Of a DNA stretch of 64,000 nucleotides, positions 1-12,710 are shown piece by piece. The translations under genes were made by a program, and so were the position numbers. Location: NCBI RefSeq assembly GCF_006345805.1, contig NC_042998.1, positions 207,824,001 through 207,888,000 of the forward strand. The letters are read 5' to 3'. The DNA is from Octopus sinensis (Eukaryota). The notes beneath the pieces are model-generated. The model was not told the DNA's origin. It made no database searches and was given only the letters and a program-made list of their open reading frames with translations. Numbering within the stretch: the first letter of the stretch is position 1; the number at the start of each line of letters is the position of its first letter.

Positions 1-286
1 ACTATCAATAAATCATAAGAGCAGACATTTGATAAAGTGGGGCTGTTCTTGCCTGAACCTGTTTTCGGCCATGGTCAGCTATACGTTGCATTCTCAAGGG
101 CTCACAAATTATCTGATGTGAGAGTTAAAGTTATCAACACTGACAAACAAAGGAAAAGAAGAGGGAAAACCTACACGAAGAACATAATCAGCGAAGAATA
201 TTAGATACGCAGGAATATTTTGGATACGCAAATTAAAATGTATTTTGGCTCTGATCCATCGCCTTGGCTTATAAGTTACCAATGGT

Positions 287-672
287 GTGGAGGCGCAATG
301 GCCCAATGGTTAGGGCAGCGGACTCGCGGTCATAGGATCGGGGTTTCGATTCCCAGACCAGGCGTTGTGAGTGTTTATTGAGCGAAAACACCTAAAAAAG
401 CTCCACGAGGCTCCAGCAGGGGGTAGTAATGAACCCTGCTCTACTCTTTCACCACAACTTTCTCTCATTCTTACTTCCTGTTTCTGTTGTACCTGTATTT
501 CAAAGGGCCGGCCTTGTCACTCTCTGTGTCACGCTGAATATCCCCGAGAACTACGTTAACGGTGCATGTGTCTGTGGAGTGCTCAGCCACTTACACGTTA
601 ATTTCGCGAGCAGGCTGTTTCCGTTGATTCAGATCAACCGGAACCCTCGTCGCGTAACCGACGGAGTGCTTC
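287..672 (+). mobile_element. tRNA-derived SINE, family 1, long body
   Basis: Head GTGGAGGCGCAATGGCCCAATGGTTAGGGCAGCGG...GGTTTCGATTCCC with A/B-box-like motifs. Highly similar copy at 15995-16381. Imperfect flanking duplication ACCAATG(G/A)T. Confidence 0.85.
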
Positions 673-1492
673 CATCACCAATGATGTGGTTTTCAGAGAA
701 TACCATGCTGCATTACATTTTTGTGCTCCCGTGAAACTGCGACTCCTATACTTTACATATGAAATTATTATTTTTTTACTATAAAACTTTTGTTTTCTAG
801 ATATGAAATTGTGATCATGTAAATCTTAAAATGTAATTTTTTTCTGTTGATGCGGAAAATGGAAAAAATTAGAGTGAATATTCATTTTATGAGTGCTGTG
901 TATTAAGTTTATAAAATTGTGCATAAAGTTTTTAAAGTGCATTGTGTAATCATTGTATTTCCAATTTCCTTCACTTTTCAATGAATAACAGGCTACGCTT
1001 TCAGGTCTGGGGGTAGTTTTCAGGAATAATCCAATAGGTTAATATTATTTCCGGTAATTATTCACGGCCCCGCTAGTATATGTTAAAACTGCCTCTGTAA
1101 ATTTAGGCTGTTCGAAATCTCTTCTCAAGAAAGTTTTAGAATTTGGTCAGGGTTTTATTGCAGTTAGTGATTCAGACTTTGATATCACTTTGCAGGTTAG
1201 GAATAGTTGCTGTTTTAACGTATGGTGTTCATGGTTTAAACCTATTAGTCGAGAACTGTTCGCTGTCACCATTGCAAGATGGGCCCGAGGTTTCGTTTGT
1301 GAATGAATAGATTGTATATATCCTAGACATAAAGATTCCATTCCCAGGGTTCGGCCTTTATCGTAACGATGGGCTATTTATTGTATGAAGTAAGAATAAC
1401 TCTACATTGGATGCTACTAGCAAGAATTTATCATAATATTCAAAGAGCTTGATATAAACATACATACACATACATATCTCTTGGTAATAAAT

Positions 1493-1592
1493 NNNNNNNN
1501 NNNNNNNNNNNNNNNNNNNNNNNNNNNNNNNNNNNNNNNNNNNNNNNNNNNNNNNNNNNNNNNNNNNNNNNNNNNNNNNNNNNNNNNNNNNN
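1493..1592. other. Assembly gap (100 N)
   Basis: Run of N. Confidence 1.
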
Positions 1593-1688
1593 AGGTTTAC
1601 CAGGCCAGACAGGTCGAAAGGTAGGAGACAGACAAAACCTTAACGACAATAAATCGAATTGTCGGCAGCAGGTCGTGGACTTAGTTAT

Positions 1689-1815
1689 CGAAGAATTCGA
1701 GCAGTTCCAAGCAGTGCTGTTTTGCGCAAGTTCTCCACCATTATTGCAGCCCCTATTTGTTCTATTTACTTCTCGAGATTTTTAGTATGGTTGCTTTCTC
1801 GTTTTATTATTATTA

Positions 1816-1869
<54 letters not shown>

Positions 1870-1947
1870 TATTATTATAATGTGTTTGGCTTTGCCTTGT
1901 ATTTGTACAAGTTGGCGCCATGTCTCACCCAGAGACCTCAAGAAACA
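1689..1947 (-). mobile_element. Two R4/Dong-like LINE 3' fragments joined by a (TTA)n array; near-identical duplicate of 2687-2944
   Basis: Matches 2687-2944 at offset 998 and is homologous to the 3' coding end of the 4686-5760 element. Confidence 0.75.
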
Positions 1948-2161
1948 TACAACATATTGACCCAACAGGTCAGATTCCTGGCTTTGAACCAGCAGGATGT
2001 CATGCAGAGGATCTTGAATACAAGACAATGGATAAGACCCTAATATTCCTAGTTAGATGGAAACTGTGGGACCACATGGAGCAGCGCCCTGTGACGCCTA
2101 TAGTATGCGCAACTGAAACCCATATGAAAGGGGCGTCCTACGGGACGACCTAGATGAGAGA

Positions 2162-2225
2162 GATATAAGGCGGCGAGCTGGCTGAAACGTTAGTGCGCCG
2201 GACGAAGTGCTTAGTGGTATTTAGT
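2162..2225 (+). mobile_element. SINE family 2 head fragment
   Basis: AAGGCGGCGAGCTGGCTGAAACGTTAG...CCGGACGAAGTGCTTAG, the same head as 28118 and 63051. Confidence 0.7.
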
Positions 2226-2229
2226 TGCT

Positions 2230-2545
2230 ACACATATTGAAAAGGGGCGATTCACTACCCTTATCTATTTGAAACTTAGTGTAACTAACTTGTTCCTGGG
2301 CGCTGCATATCAATGCCTCTGAGCATCCTCTCAGATCCCCTTTCCTTAGTCACCTCCAGCTGTTAGGCTTGTCTCTCCCTTTCTTTCTCTAACATATTGT
2401 CCATGCATCGTTAGCATTTTTCAATTTTTCAGTCTCTGTTCCCTATCTTGTTTCTTAAATGCTTTTGTATGTGTCAAATATTCACAAGGTATCGTGTTGC
2501 GATTTCTAACAGTGAGTAGTCCCTTCTTGCGCAATTCTTCTTCTT
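2230..2545 (-). mobile_element. Decayed R4/Dong-like LINE fragment (region just before the CCHC motif)
   Basis: Minus strand reads ...LRKGDLRGCSEALICSAQEQ...IDKGSESP, like the DLKLETVALICAAQDQAL segment of ORF 5203-5451. Confidence 0.65.
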
Positions 2546-2587
2546 CATCTCCATTTTTGTCATTATTATTATTATCATTAATATTTT

Positions 2588-2817
2588 ATTGCCTTTGCAC
2601 AGCTTCTAACGCTGGAGATGTACTACGGTGTCAGCTGTTCACTACCAGTGAACTAAGGTAATACCCCTTATTTTTCAAGTACCATCCGAAGAATTCGAGC
2701 AGTTCCAAGCAGTGCTGTTTTGCGCAAGTTCTCCACCATTATTGCAGCCCCTATTTGTTCTATTTACTTCTCGAGATTTTTAGTATGGTTGCTTTCTCGT
2801 TTTATTATTATTATTAC

Positions 2818-2867
<50 letters not shown>

Positions 2868-3010
2868 TATAATGTGTTTGGCTTTGCCTTGTATTTGTAC
2901 AAGTTGGCGCCATGTCTCACCCAGAGACCTCAAGAAACAACAAGTTACAAGTTCATGTTGGTGTTATACCCAGGGTGTTATATATTTGGTTTTGCACATA
3001 TTATTGTTCT
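2588..3010 (-). mobile_element. R4/Dong-like LINE 3' end with 3'UTR, a (TTA)n array and a second family's 3' end
   Basis: 3'UTR (plus strand TGCCTTTGCACAGCTTCTAACGCTGGAGATGTACTAC...GAACTAAGGTAA) recurs at 4686, 25908 and 26634. Confidence 0.8.
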
Positions 3011-3161
3011 AGAGAGTGTTTAAGAAAACATAAGTAAATTATGAATTTGTTTTAAAAGTAATTTGATTATAAGATGACAGTCTGATGTTAAGACGACAAT
3101 AGAAGGTGCTTACTATTTTCTACATTTAAAATGTTTTGGTGATTCTATTATTAGTATTATT

Positions 3162-3562
3162 AGGCGTTGAGCTGGCAGAAACCATAGCACGTCGGGTGAA
3201 ATGCGTAGCTGTATTTCGTCTGCCGTTACGTTCTGAGTTCAAATTCCGCCGAGGTCGACTTTGCCATACATCCTTTCGGGGTCGATTAAATAAGTACCAA
3301 TTACGCACTGGGGTCGATGTAATCGACTTAATCCGTTTGTCTGTCCTTGTTTGTCCCCTCTGTGTTTATCCCCTTGTGGGTAGTAAAGAAATAGGTATTT
3401 CGTCCGTTTTTACATTATGAGTTCAAATTCCGCCGAGGTCGTCTTTGTCTTAAATCCTTTCGGGGTCGATAAATTAAGTACCGGTTATGCACTGATGTCG
3501 ATATAATCGACTTGTTACTCCTCCCCACAAATTTCAGGCTTCTGCCTTTAGTGGAAAGGATT
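3162..3562 (+). mobile_element. SINE family 2, dimeric
   Basis: Head GGCGTTGAGCTGGCAGAA, B box GAGTTCAAATTCC, then a second body unit starting at about 3396. Confidence 0.85.
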
Positions 3563-3569
3563 ATTAACA

Positions 3570-3821
3570 TTATTGATTTGACTCAGATTCAGTGTTATTC
3601 CTGGTAGAATTTATGCGGGTAGCGGATTACTACCTGTTACCTTAAGTACCCACAATCTTTCAAAAGCCTTTGAAGTGCTGATAATCCTTTCTGTCGCTAA
3701 GAGGCGAACTTCCTGTAGAAGCTCTACAGGACATTCGATTCCAGCCTTCTTCAACCATTTAGCTATACCTTTACGCACACTTTCCAATGTCCCAATTATT
3801 ATAGGTACAACCTTTATACTT

Positions 3822-3822
<1 letters not shown>
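3570..3822 (-). mobile_element. R4/Dong-like LINE 3' fragment
   Basis: Minus translation KVVPIIIGTLESVRKGIAKWLKKAGIECPVELLQEVRLLATERII resembles the C-terminus of ORF 4684-5115. Confidence 0.7.
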
Positions 3823-3858
<36 letters not shown>

Positions 3859-3883
3859 GTAATAATAATAATAATAATAAATG

Positions 3884-4500
3884 ATAAAACGATGGCAAGA
3901 AAAGCCCCTTCATGGCAAATATTGGACTAAGCTAAATGTAAAAGAAATAAACAAAGAAAAATCCCAGCAATGGATGAGAAGCTCAGGACTCAAAGCAGAG
4001 ACGGAAGATTTTTAATTTCAGCACAAGACCAAAGCCTCCCCACCAGAAATTACCAAAAACATGTAATGAAAGGAAACATAACAAGTAACTGCAGAATATG
4101 TGGAGATGGACAAGAAACAATAAATCATATTATCTCTAGCTGCCCAGTCCTGGCTAAGAAGGAATATATTCACAGACATGACAGAGTTGGAACCTACATA
4201 CACTGGAAGCTATGCCAACATTATGGAATAACAACAGAAAAAAGATGGTATAAGCACACACCAGAAAAGGTCACAGAAAACGAGAAAGCAACCATACTCT
4301 GGGATATTCCAATAGACACAGATAGAGAAATTAAGGCCAACAGACCAGATATAGTTATCAGAGATCATGAAGAAAAAAATGCTTTCTAATTGATGTATCA
4401 ATACCAGCAGATGACTACGTGTCTCTAAAAGAAATGGTACTTTGAAAATACAAAGACCCGGAAATAGAGGTAACTAGAATGTGGAATCTGAAAACAGAAA
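3884..4500 (+). pseudogene. R4/Dong-like LINE ORF fragment: CCHC zinc knuckle plus restriction-like endonuclease
   Basis: ORF 3970-4389 CRICGDGQETINHIISSC...RHD...WYKHTPEKV...WD...NRPDIVIRD continues after a frameshift as FLIDVSIP...MWNLKT. Preceded by (TAA)n. Confidence 0.9.
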
Positions 4501-4519
4501 CAATTATTATCATTATTAT

Positions 4520-4634
<115 letters not shown>

Positions 4635-4645
4635 TATTATTATTA

Positions 4646-4683
<38 letters not shown>

Positions 4684-4685
4684 TT

Positions 4686-5760
4686 ATTGTCTTTGCACAG
4701 CTTCTAAAGCTAGAGATGTACTACAATGCCAGCTGTTCACTACCAGTGAACTAAGGTAACACCTCTTATTTTTCGAGCACCTTCGGAGTATTCGGGCGCT
4801 TCCAAGCAGTGCTGTTTTCTGCAAGTGCTCCACCCTTATTGCAGCCCCTATTTGTTCCACGTACTTCTCGAGATTTTTGCTCACTGTTCCCAGGGCTCCG
4901 ACAATTATTGGTACTACTATCACCTTTTTCATCGGCCACAACTGCTTAATTACCCAAGCTAACCTGTCATATCTCTCGACTTTTCTTTCTTCCTTATCGC
5001 ATACCTTATTGTCAGCTGGGCATGCTATATCTATGATCCAGCATCGTTTTCTTTCTTTCTCAATTAAACCTATGTCTGGTTTCCTATTCGCTATCTCATG
5101 GTCGCACTGAATCATAAAATCCCATAGGATCTTTGCATTATCATTTTCGATGATGTCTTTGGGTTTATGTTCATACCACTTTTTTACTCTGTCAAGTCCA
5201 TACTAGTTGCAACGTGTCCAATGGACAATCCTTGCTATATTGTCATGACGTCTCTTATATTCTTTCTGTGTTAGAGGCGTACATTTACTGGTAATACACC
5301 ATACGGTTTCACCGTTTTGTCCATAAATTCTGCACTTATTACTTTCTGATGTGTTGTCTATTCTGTGTTTTATATAATTGTTTCTTAACGCTTGGTCTTG
5401 GGCAGCACAAATTAGAGCCACCGTTTCCAGTTTTAAATCACTTTTGGTCATCCACAGCCATCTTTTTTCTCTGTCTCTTTAATTTCAACATCCGTATGAA
5501 ATTGTCCATGCATTCTTTTCTTTGTCCACATATTTTCAGTTTCATTCATTCTCAAGCGCTTATACATTGCTTTATCTTTGCAATCTTCCATCCTACACAA
5601 GCCTGACCTTCTTACTTCCAATAATAGTGGTTATGTGGCATTTTTTTACATAGCATGCCATGTTGTTTTCTTCTGCTCTAATGCTGTGTTCGCATCCAAT
5701 CAGTCCTGTTCCTCCTCATTTTATTGGTACACACAGTCTGTCTGTGTCACATTTTGGGTG
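4686..5760 (-). pseudogene. R4/Dong-like LINE 3' region (zinc knuckle, RLE, 3'UTR, TAA tail)
   Basis: ORFs 5203-5451 (CRIY..NGETV...RHDNIARIVHW) and 4684-5115 (NRKPDI...IIDIACP...VPIIVGALG...LQKTALLGSARILR). Confidence 0.9.
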
Positions 5761-6079
5761 GAGTATCCCATATCTAGTCAGGACCTCCTCCTCCTCTTCC
5801 TCTTCTTCTTCTTATTCTTCTTCTTCTTCCTCCTCCTGCTCCTCCTCCTCATTATCATCAACATAAGTGAAGAGTACTGTGGTGTATAATTATGCTACTA
5901 TTCGACTGGTAGTTCATTTTATCGATCCCATGCTATTCGACTTTGGGGGGATTTGAACCTCAGGACATTAAATAACCATTACTAAACATTGTATTGCACT
6001 TTGTTCGACGCTCTGTTGTTTCTGTCAAATGATTTGACCTGGCTCTCTGTCAGTTACGATTACATGTTTTCGAGCTGAT

Positions 6080-6335
6080 TCTATCAACAGAAAAGTCTGC
6101 TTCTGAAATTAACACGTAAGTGGTTGAGTACTCCTTAGACACACGTACCCTTTAAGTAGAGAATGGAACAAAGCAAGCCCTTTGAATTACATGTACCACT
6201 AATTTTTGCCAGCTGAGTAGACTGGAGGAAAGTGAAATAAAGTGTCTTGCTCAAGGATACCACACGCCACCTGGATTCGAACTCACAACCTCAGGATCGC
6301 GAGCCGAGTACCTTTGCTATAATGCCACGCACCTT
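6080..6335 (-). mobile_element. CORE-type tRNA SINE, degenerate
   Basis: Plus strand GTGAAATAAAGTGTCTTGCTCAAGG...GGATTCGAACTCACAACC; its body is shared with family 1. Confidence 0.65.
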
Positions 6336-6870
6336 CTACTGCAGTCACTTCAATCAAACGTACCCCCCTCCCCCACTGCATCAGCTGGTCATGTGATCAT
6401 TCGAATCAAATTAATATCGATAATCAGAACAACAAAAACAGATTCTTCAGATCTTCGCAATTATTGAATGAATCGTATGTAGGTCTCTAATAATTCCAAC
6501 TTCCCCAAATTCCAAAGACTTTTGCCGAACTCTTTAAAATGGTTTTTATGCCCGAGGACAAATATAATAAATAATGAACGGATAACTAGACAGCTAGAGC
6601 GAATGTCTTCAACAACACCGCAAAACTAAGCCATTATTTGTCTCCCACTCGCAAGTATGGTTCCAATCCCAACTAGCGCCCACATTCCATACGTTTTCCT
6701 TTAATTTTCTTTTTGAAAAATTCATAAGTTGTATGATATGGAAGCACGTATAAGGCAAGTTGGTAAGAAAGTTTGAAATTAAGTTTAAAGCCTTGAAGTG
6801 AAAAATAGTGTTTTTTATGAGAAAGACAGAAACGGAGAGAGAGAGAGAGAATGGAAATAACAAAGAAATG

Positions 6871-6918
<48 letters not shown>

Positions 6919-7947
6919 GAGAGAGCGAGAGAGAGATAAACAGACAGACATACAGAGTGAGGGAAAGAGAAGGGGAGAGAGAGATAGGATGTGTGTGTTT
7001 GAGTGGTTGATTTCTTCAATGAATTCTTAAAGAAATCTCCAACTTCAAAGAGGTTGAAACCGTTTGGTTTACTTGAGATTTTTAAGCTGAACATTTTAAA
7101 ACCTTCAGCAACAAGTTTTCTATAAAAGTGTAGTTTTGTATATTCTAAACTAAATCTTGACATAGATATATCTTACAATGGACTGTATACTACGAAGCTT
7201 AGAGAAATCTCGTCGTACACCTACCGTTTCATTGACGATCGATTTCAATGCGTCGTTTTCATTTATATTTTCGATTTGCACACACACACACACACCACAC
7301 ACAAATAAACACACATATATATTATATATATATAAAATACCAGTTTCTATTGTATCTTTCAGTGTTTGTTGTTATTTCAGAGAAAATATAATGTTTTCGT
7401 TTAAAGCCTTTTTCTCCGTTTTCGATAATTCAATTCACACTCAAACACACACACACACACACCACACACACACCACACACACATACACACATACAAAGAT
7501 GCACACACACACACACACACAAATACATAAACACACACACAAATACATACACAAACACACACACACAAATACAGACACACAAACACACACACACACAAAT
7601 ACATACATACGCACACAAATACATACATACGCACACATACACACACATACAAAGATGCACACGCTAACACACACAAACACAAATACATGAACACACACAC
7701 ACAAACACAGACACACACAAACACACACACACACACACACACACAAATACATACATATGCACACATACACACACATACAAAGATGCACACACACACACAC
7801 AAATACATACACACACACACACACATATACATATATGTATATACATAAAGGTAGGTAGGTAATATTCCAAAAGTTATAGATTGGCAATTCTAAAGCGAAG
7901 ATCTGCAAACTGAAGAATTTTCAGTTTTCATTGTTTTCTTTTCACAG

Positions 7948-8017
7948 CTCAGAGGTGCCACAGTGTGATGGAGTTTGGCACAGTTTGGAAGGTGTTTGTT
8001 AAGTGGAGAAATATCAG
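7948..8017 (+). CDS. Weak candidate exon (QRCHSVMEFGTVWKVFVKWRNI), product unknown
   Basis: Polypyrimidine acceptor TTTTCATTGTTTTCTTTTCACAG, donor CAG|GTAACG, one open frame. No homology recognised. Confidence 0.15.
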
Positions 8018-8068
8018 GTAACGGAGAGGTACGTATTATGCGTGTAGATGTATATATATTATATATAT

Positions 8069-8130
<62 letters not shown>

Positions 8131-8338
8131 TTATGTCTACATGTAATTATGGATATATAAATGTATGTATGAGGCGACACACACATACATGTACGTATGT
8201 ACGTATGTGTGTGTGCGTGCGTGCGTATGTATGTATGATTGTATGCCTGTACGTATGTATGATGAATGCATTTATGTATCTGGTTGTGTGTATTAAATAG
8301 GATGCGTACAACATACACAAATGAACCGTTTACACACA

Positions 8339-8375
<37 letters not shown>

Positions 8376-8889
8376 CACACAGAGAAAACTGATTCGCATA
8401 TACATACACACATCTAATGGTGCTGATAAATTTTGATTATTGACTGGGGTACGTTACATTCATCATTTAAATTTCATAAAATAATGATTGAAAATGGTAA
8501 ATATTACGCAAGCACACACACATACACAATTATGTATATATATTTATATATATATGTGTGTGTGTGTATGTGAGAGTGTGAGCGTGTGTGTGTGTGTAGA
8601 AGGTTGAAGAGGAACACACGAGTTGATATATATGGAAAAAAGTCAAGGTAGAAAATGTTAAAATAATTTTATCCTAAACAACATTACAGTACCGGTTTCA
8701 GTCATTGAGACTTTTTAAACTCTAAGTATGGAAAACAATTGAATTTTGGAAAAATTAAATGAAAAGTCTTTTTAAAAAGAATATTTGCATAGTGTTTGAA
8801 TACAAGAGGCATTTTCCTTGTTTCTGCCTGTCTCTGTTTCTCTTGTTTACTCTTGTGGGTTCAAGGTTGTTGTGAATTCTTGGTAGGGA

Positions 8890-9275
8890 AGAAGGAGAAG
8901 AAGAAGGAGAAGAAGAAGAAGGAGGAGAAGGAGAAGAAGAAGAAGAAGAAGGAGGAGGAGGGGGGAGGACAGAAGAATAAGTAGGAGGAGGAAGAAGAAA
9001 GAAGAGAGGAGGGAGGAGGAGGATAGGAGGGAGGAGGAGAAAAGGAGGAGAGGAAAGAAGAAGAAGAAGAAGGAGGAGGAGGAGGAGGAACGCAGGAGAG
9101 ATAAAGTAAGGAGGAAAGAGGAGAAAGAAGAAGAGAGAAGAAGGAGGAGGAGGAGAGGAGGAAGAAGAGATTGAAGGAGAAGAAGAGAAGAGAAGGAGGA
9201 GGATTATTAGGACACGACAAAAGAAGAATGAGGATGATGAGGACATGAAGAAGAAGAATGAGGCGGAGGAGAAGA
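8890..9275. repeat. (GAA/GGA)n purine-rich low-complexity tract
   Basis: Direct inspection. Confidence 0.95.
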
Positions 9276-9498
9276 AGAAAAGTAATGTTGTAGAGGTATG
9301 ATTTATAGGATGTTAAATGGTCAAGTATCCTGGAACTGACTTGATTCTTGAGATCTCTCTTTTGAATGTATTGTTTATAATATTTGCGTTTCTATTATTC
9401 TAAGCAGCAGCAGTAGTAAAGTAAGGAAGGAGGTGGCGGTACTAAAATGTTTGTTTATGATAAAATTTTTTTAGCATTTTCTACCTTGACATTTTTCC

Positions 9499-9562
<64 letters not shown>

Positions 9563-9594
9563 CCACTACACACATTTTTTTCTCTCCTTGTTTC

Positions 9595-9750
9595 TCTCCT
9601 TGTTTTTTTCTGTGTCCCTTTCTTTTGAAGAGCGTAGGCTCGAAACGTAAAAGACTTTCTCTATTCCTGAGCGTTATACTAATTCATCTGTTTGTTTTGT
9701 ACACCACCTGTCTTCGTCTTTTGTTTTTTTCGTAAACTCTCCCTATTTAT
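9595..9750 (+). mobile_element. Penelope-like terminal repeat, family P1
   Basis: GAAGAGCGTAGGCTCGAAACGTAAAAGACTTTC...; related copies at 53765-53945 and 57300-57510. Confidence 0.55.
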
Positions 9751-9831
9751 ATATATAGACCGGAGTAAACACATAAATGTGAAACAAGGTGGAAAAAAGA
9801 GTACTCAAATACAGTGGTAGAGTAATATGCT

Positions 9832-9939
9832 TTATTTTAAGCAGCAGAAAATTCAACAAAATCTGTTACTCTGAGTTTCTCGTTGCCACGAGAAACTCAG
9901 AGTAACAGATTTTGTTGAATTTTCTGCTGCTTAAAATAA
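9832..9939. repeat. Perfect 52-bp-arm inverted repeat (loop TGCC)
   Basis: 9832-9883 is the exact reverse complement of 9888-9939. Confidence 0.95.
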
Positions 9940-9942
9940 TAT

Positions 9943-10011
<69 letters not shown>

Positions 10012-10034
10012 ATATATATATAGATATATATATA

Positions 10035-10375
10035 TCGGAGATCCCCTTCGGTCACGAATGACCAAGTGATTGTACTTAGAAACTTACCCTCCGAAGCAAA
10101 AGTCCGGGCAAGGTTGTTTACAGAAGACCAGCAGTCGCCCATGCATACCGGCGTCCCATCTCCCCACCACCAGTGTTATCCAAGGGAAAGGCTAAGGGGC
10201 CGATGCAGTTTGGTACCAGTCACGTCGCAACTCATTTCTACAGCTGAGTGAACTGGAGCAACGTGAAATAAAGTGTCTTGCTCAAGAACACAACACGCAG
10301 CCCGGTCCGGGATTCGAACTTACAACCTCACGGTCGTATGTTCGACGCTCTGACCACTGAGCCATGCACCTTCAC
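10035..10375 (-). mobile_element. CORE-type tRNA SINE, full length
   Basis: tRNA-like head at the right end (plus strand GGATTCGAAC...ACCACTGAGCCA), CORE-like TTGAGCAAGACACTTTATTTCAC on the minus strand, distinct 3' tail. Confidence 0.75.
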
Positions 10376-10467
10376 ACACACATATGTACATATACCATGA
10401 TAAGCACATAAATGTGAAACAAGGTAGAGTAAAATAGTACTCAAGTACCGGATGTAGAGTAATATGC

Positions 10468-10551
10468 TTTATTAATGAAACTGCAAAAACATCACAAAAA
10501 CTGTTACTCCAAGTAACAATTTTTGTGAATTTTTACAGCTTCATTAATAAA

Positions 10552-10553
<2 letters not shown>
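10468..10553. repeat. Imperfect inverted repeat, same family as 9832-9939
   Basis: Same upstream leader TAAATGTGAAACAAGGT...AGAGTAATATGCTTTATT; folds back at CTGTTACTC. Confidence 0.8.
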
Positions 10554-10610
<57 letters not shown>

Positions 10611-11089
10611 TGTATGTAGTGTGTGTGTGTTTGTGTTTGTATGTGTGTGTGTATTTACATACCCACATACGTAATACATCCACACACACACCACATACAT
10701 ATATACACACGCATACATACATGCATACACACACATGCTCTCACGTATATACGCACACACATACATCTGCTTTGACGTCAAAGTGTAGAACACTTAAATC
10801 CCACTTGTTCAAATGAAATATTTCAACATTCACATTATTAAACATTTATTTTATTATTTTGGCTACAGTTCCACTTCTGGTTTTTAATTGGTTTTGTCTG
10901 ATTTTTGAGCTGTTTGCTTTTCTACACATTGATGCAAAAAAGATCAAATACTAATCACGTATATTTCCTGTTCTCATATAAAATAAAATCATATAATAGG
11001 TTTATAATTTTTATTATAACTTTTAAGTTATCTCAACAGAATTTCTCGAGAATTTATTGGCAGCGTTGAAAGTTAGGACTTTTCATATA

Positions 11090-11370
11090 CAAATACATCT
11101 ATGTAAATAATGCGATCGAAGATAGAAAAATAGGTAATCGGTGTATGTGCATATTTCAAGAGTTATTGCGCTTTCATCAGTCCCACATCCAACGAATTAA
11201 CCATCCACGAACACATTGCTTAAATACCCACAAAGTTTAGCGATTTAGCACTAGTGGATCGATCACTTTTACATATTAAACCCATTCATGACAACTGATA
11301 CATAAATATTATTTACTGGTAGGAACACCATATTTGGTTTTACAACCATAATGTAACACCAAGTATATTA
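11090..11370 (+). repeat. Old dispersed repeat, homologous to 30232-30480
   Basis: Shared ATCGAAGA(T/C)AGAAAAATAGGTAAT...CATATTTCA.GAGTTATTGC...CATTGCTTAAA. Confidence 0.75.
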
Positions 11371-11577
11371 AAGATTTATATGTCGATACTATATCCTATT
11401 TTTGTGATAGCAGTGCGACTTTTATGTTTCTACACCAATTTTGAATATGGTTCTACGCCGAACTAAAATATTCCCCAGTCTGAAAATTGCTATTTTTAAA
11501 TTTCACAATGTGAGATATTCAGCAACAGTACTTTGGAGTAAAGATTGTTTGCCAACATAACATGGCAATTCTACTTT

Positions 11578-11750
11578 AGGACGTGTGTTGCTGTAATTCA
11601 GCCCCAGGAGACATCGCCTCCAGCCTGCTATAAGACACGATCTGTGTCCTTATATTTTCGGACAAGGGAATCTAGCACCCCCACTCAGCTCAAAACAATA
11701 TCTGTGTATCGTGATTTCTGGGTTATTTCCCTTCATCAGCACAGTCTGTT
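11578..11750 (+). mobile_element. Penelope-like terminal repeat, family P2 (inverted homologue of 54967-55150)
   Basis: Colinear with the reverse complement of 54967-55150. Confidence 0.75.
11702..11744 (-). ncRNA. Minimal type I hammerhead ribozyme-like motif
   Basis: CTGTG CTGATGA A GGG aaataa CCC A GAAA TCACGAT A CACAG; stem I 5 bp, near-palindromic stem III. Confidence 0.55.
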
Positions 11751-12019
11751 GATTACAAAAATAATTCACAGGTAAAACGACGTGAAGTGAAATGCTGTTG
11801 TCTCTGGAATGCATTTCCATCGCCGTAATCGACTTCGCTGGACGTTGTCAGTCCTTCAACGGCTCGGTTATGAAAGAAATTGAGTGCCTACAACTTACAG
11901 CGGGGTCTTCGAGATTGGTGACAGACAAGGGAGGTGTTGAGAGTTGCAGCGGAAACCCACCCTGAATGTTTGCAAGAGAGAGAGAGAGATCCGATAAACA
12001 ACCAGGTGCTAAGGCACTT

Positions 12020-12710
12020 CCAATGTACTTTATACAAATTTGTACTTTTAATGTACTTATACAAGTATGTACTTCCGTTGTACTTCATATAAGTATGTGC
12101 TTCTAATGTCTTTCAAAAAAATATTTACTCTAATGTACTTTATACAAATACGTACTTCAAGTGTGTTTCATAAAATATGTACTTCTAATGTACTTTGTAC
12201 AAATATGTATTTCTAACGTACTTCATATAAATATGTACTTCCAATGTATTTCAGACAATTATGTACTTCAAGTAATTATGTACTTCTAATGTACTTCATA
12301 TAATATGTACTCTTAATGTACTTTATACAAATACGTACTTCAAGTGTGTTTCATAAAATATGTACTTCTAATGTACTTTGTACAAATATGTATTTCTAAC
12401 GTACTTCATATAAATATGTACTTCCAATGTATTTCAGACAATTATGTACTTCAAGTAACTATGTACTTCTAATGTACTTCATATAATATGTACTCTTAAT
12501 GTACTTTATACAAATACGTACTTCAAGTGTGTTTCATAAAAATATGTACTTCTAATGTACTTTGTACAAATATGTATTTCTAACGTACTTCATATAAATA
12601 TGTACTTCCAATGTATTTCAGACAATTATGTACTTCTAATGTACTTCAAGTAACTATGTACTTCTAATGTACTTCATACAAATGTGCATGTCTAGTGTAC
12701 CAATATTTAT
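12020..12710. repeat. Minisatellite of TGTACTT sub-units with a 183-bp higher-order repeat (about 3 copies)
   Basis: TAATGTACTTTATACAAATACG starts at 12131, 12314 and 12497. Confidence 0.9.

Noticed and set aside
287-360. tRNA gene at SINE heads (also 15995, 52499, 10300)
   Set aside because: A/B boxes are present, but they run into SINE bodies with TSDs and I could not build a full cloverleaf.
6609-7163. 184-aa ORF
   Set aside because: Spans a (CT)n tract; the flanking peptides are unrecognisable.
7178-7908. Long ORFs rich in HT, CV or YI (also at 28747-29486, 36306-37154, 39995-40769, 59817-60171)
   Set aside because: Translations of (CA)n, (TA)n and (TATC)n microsatellites; no coding signal.
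8675-8725. Hammerhead-like GAAACCGGTA on the minus strand (similar case near 30780-30830)
   Set aside because: Palindromic stem III but no CUGANGA box.
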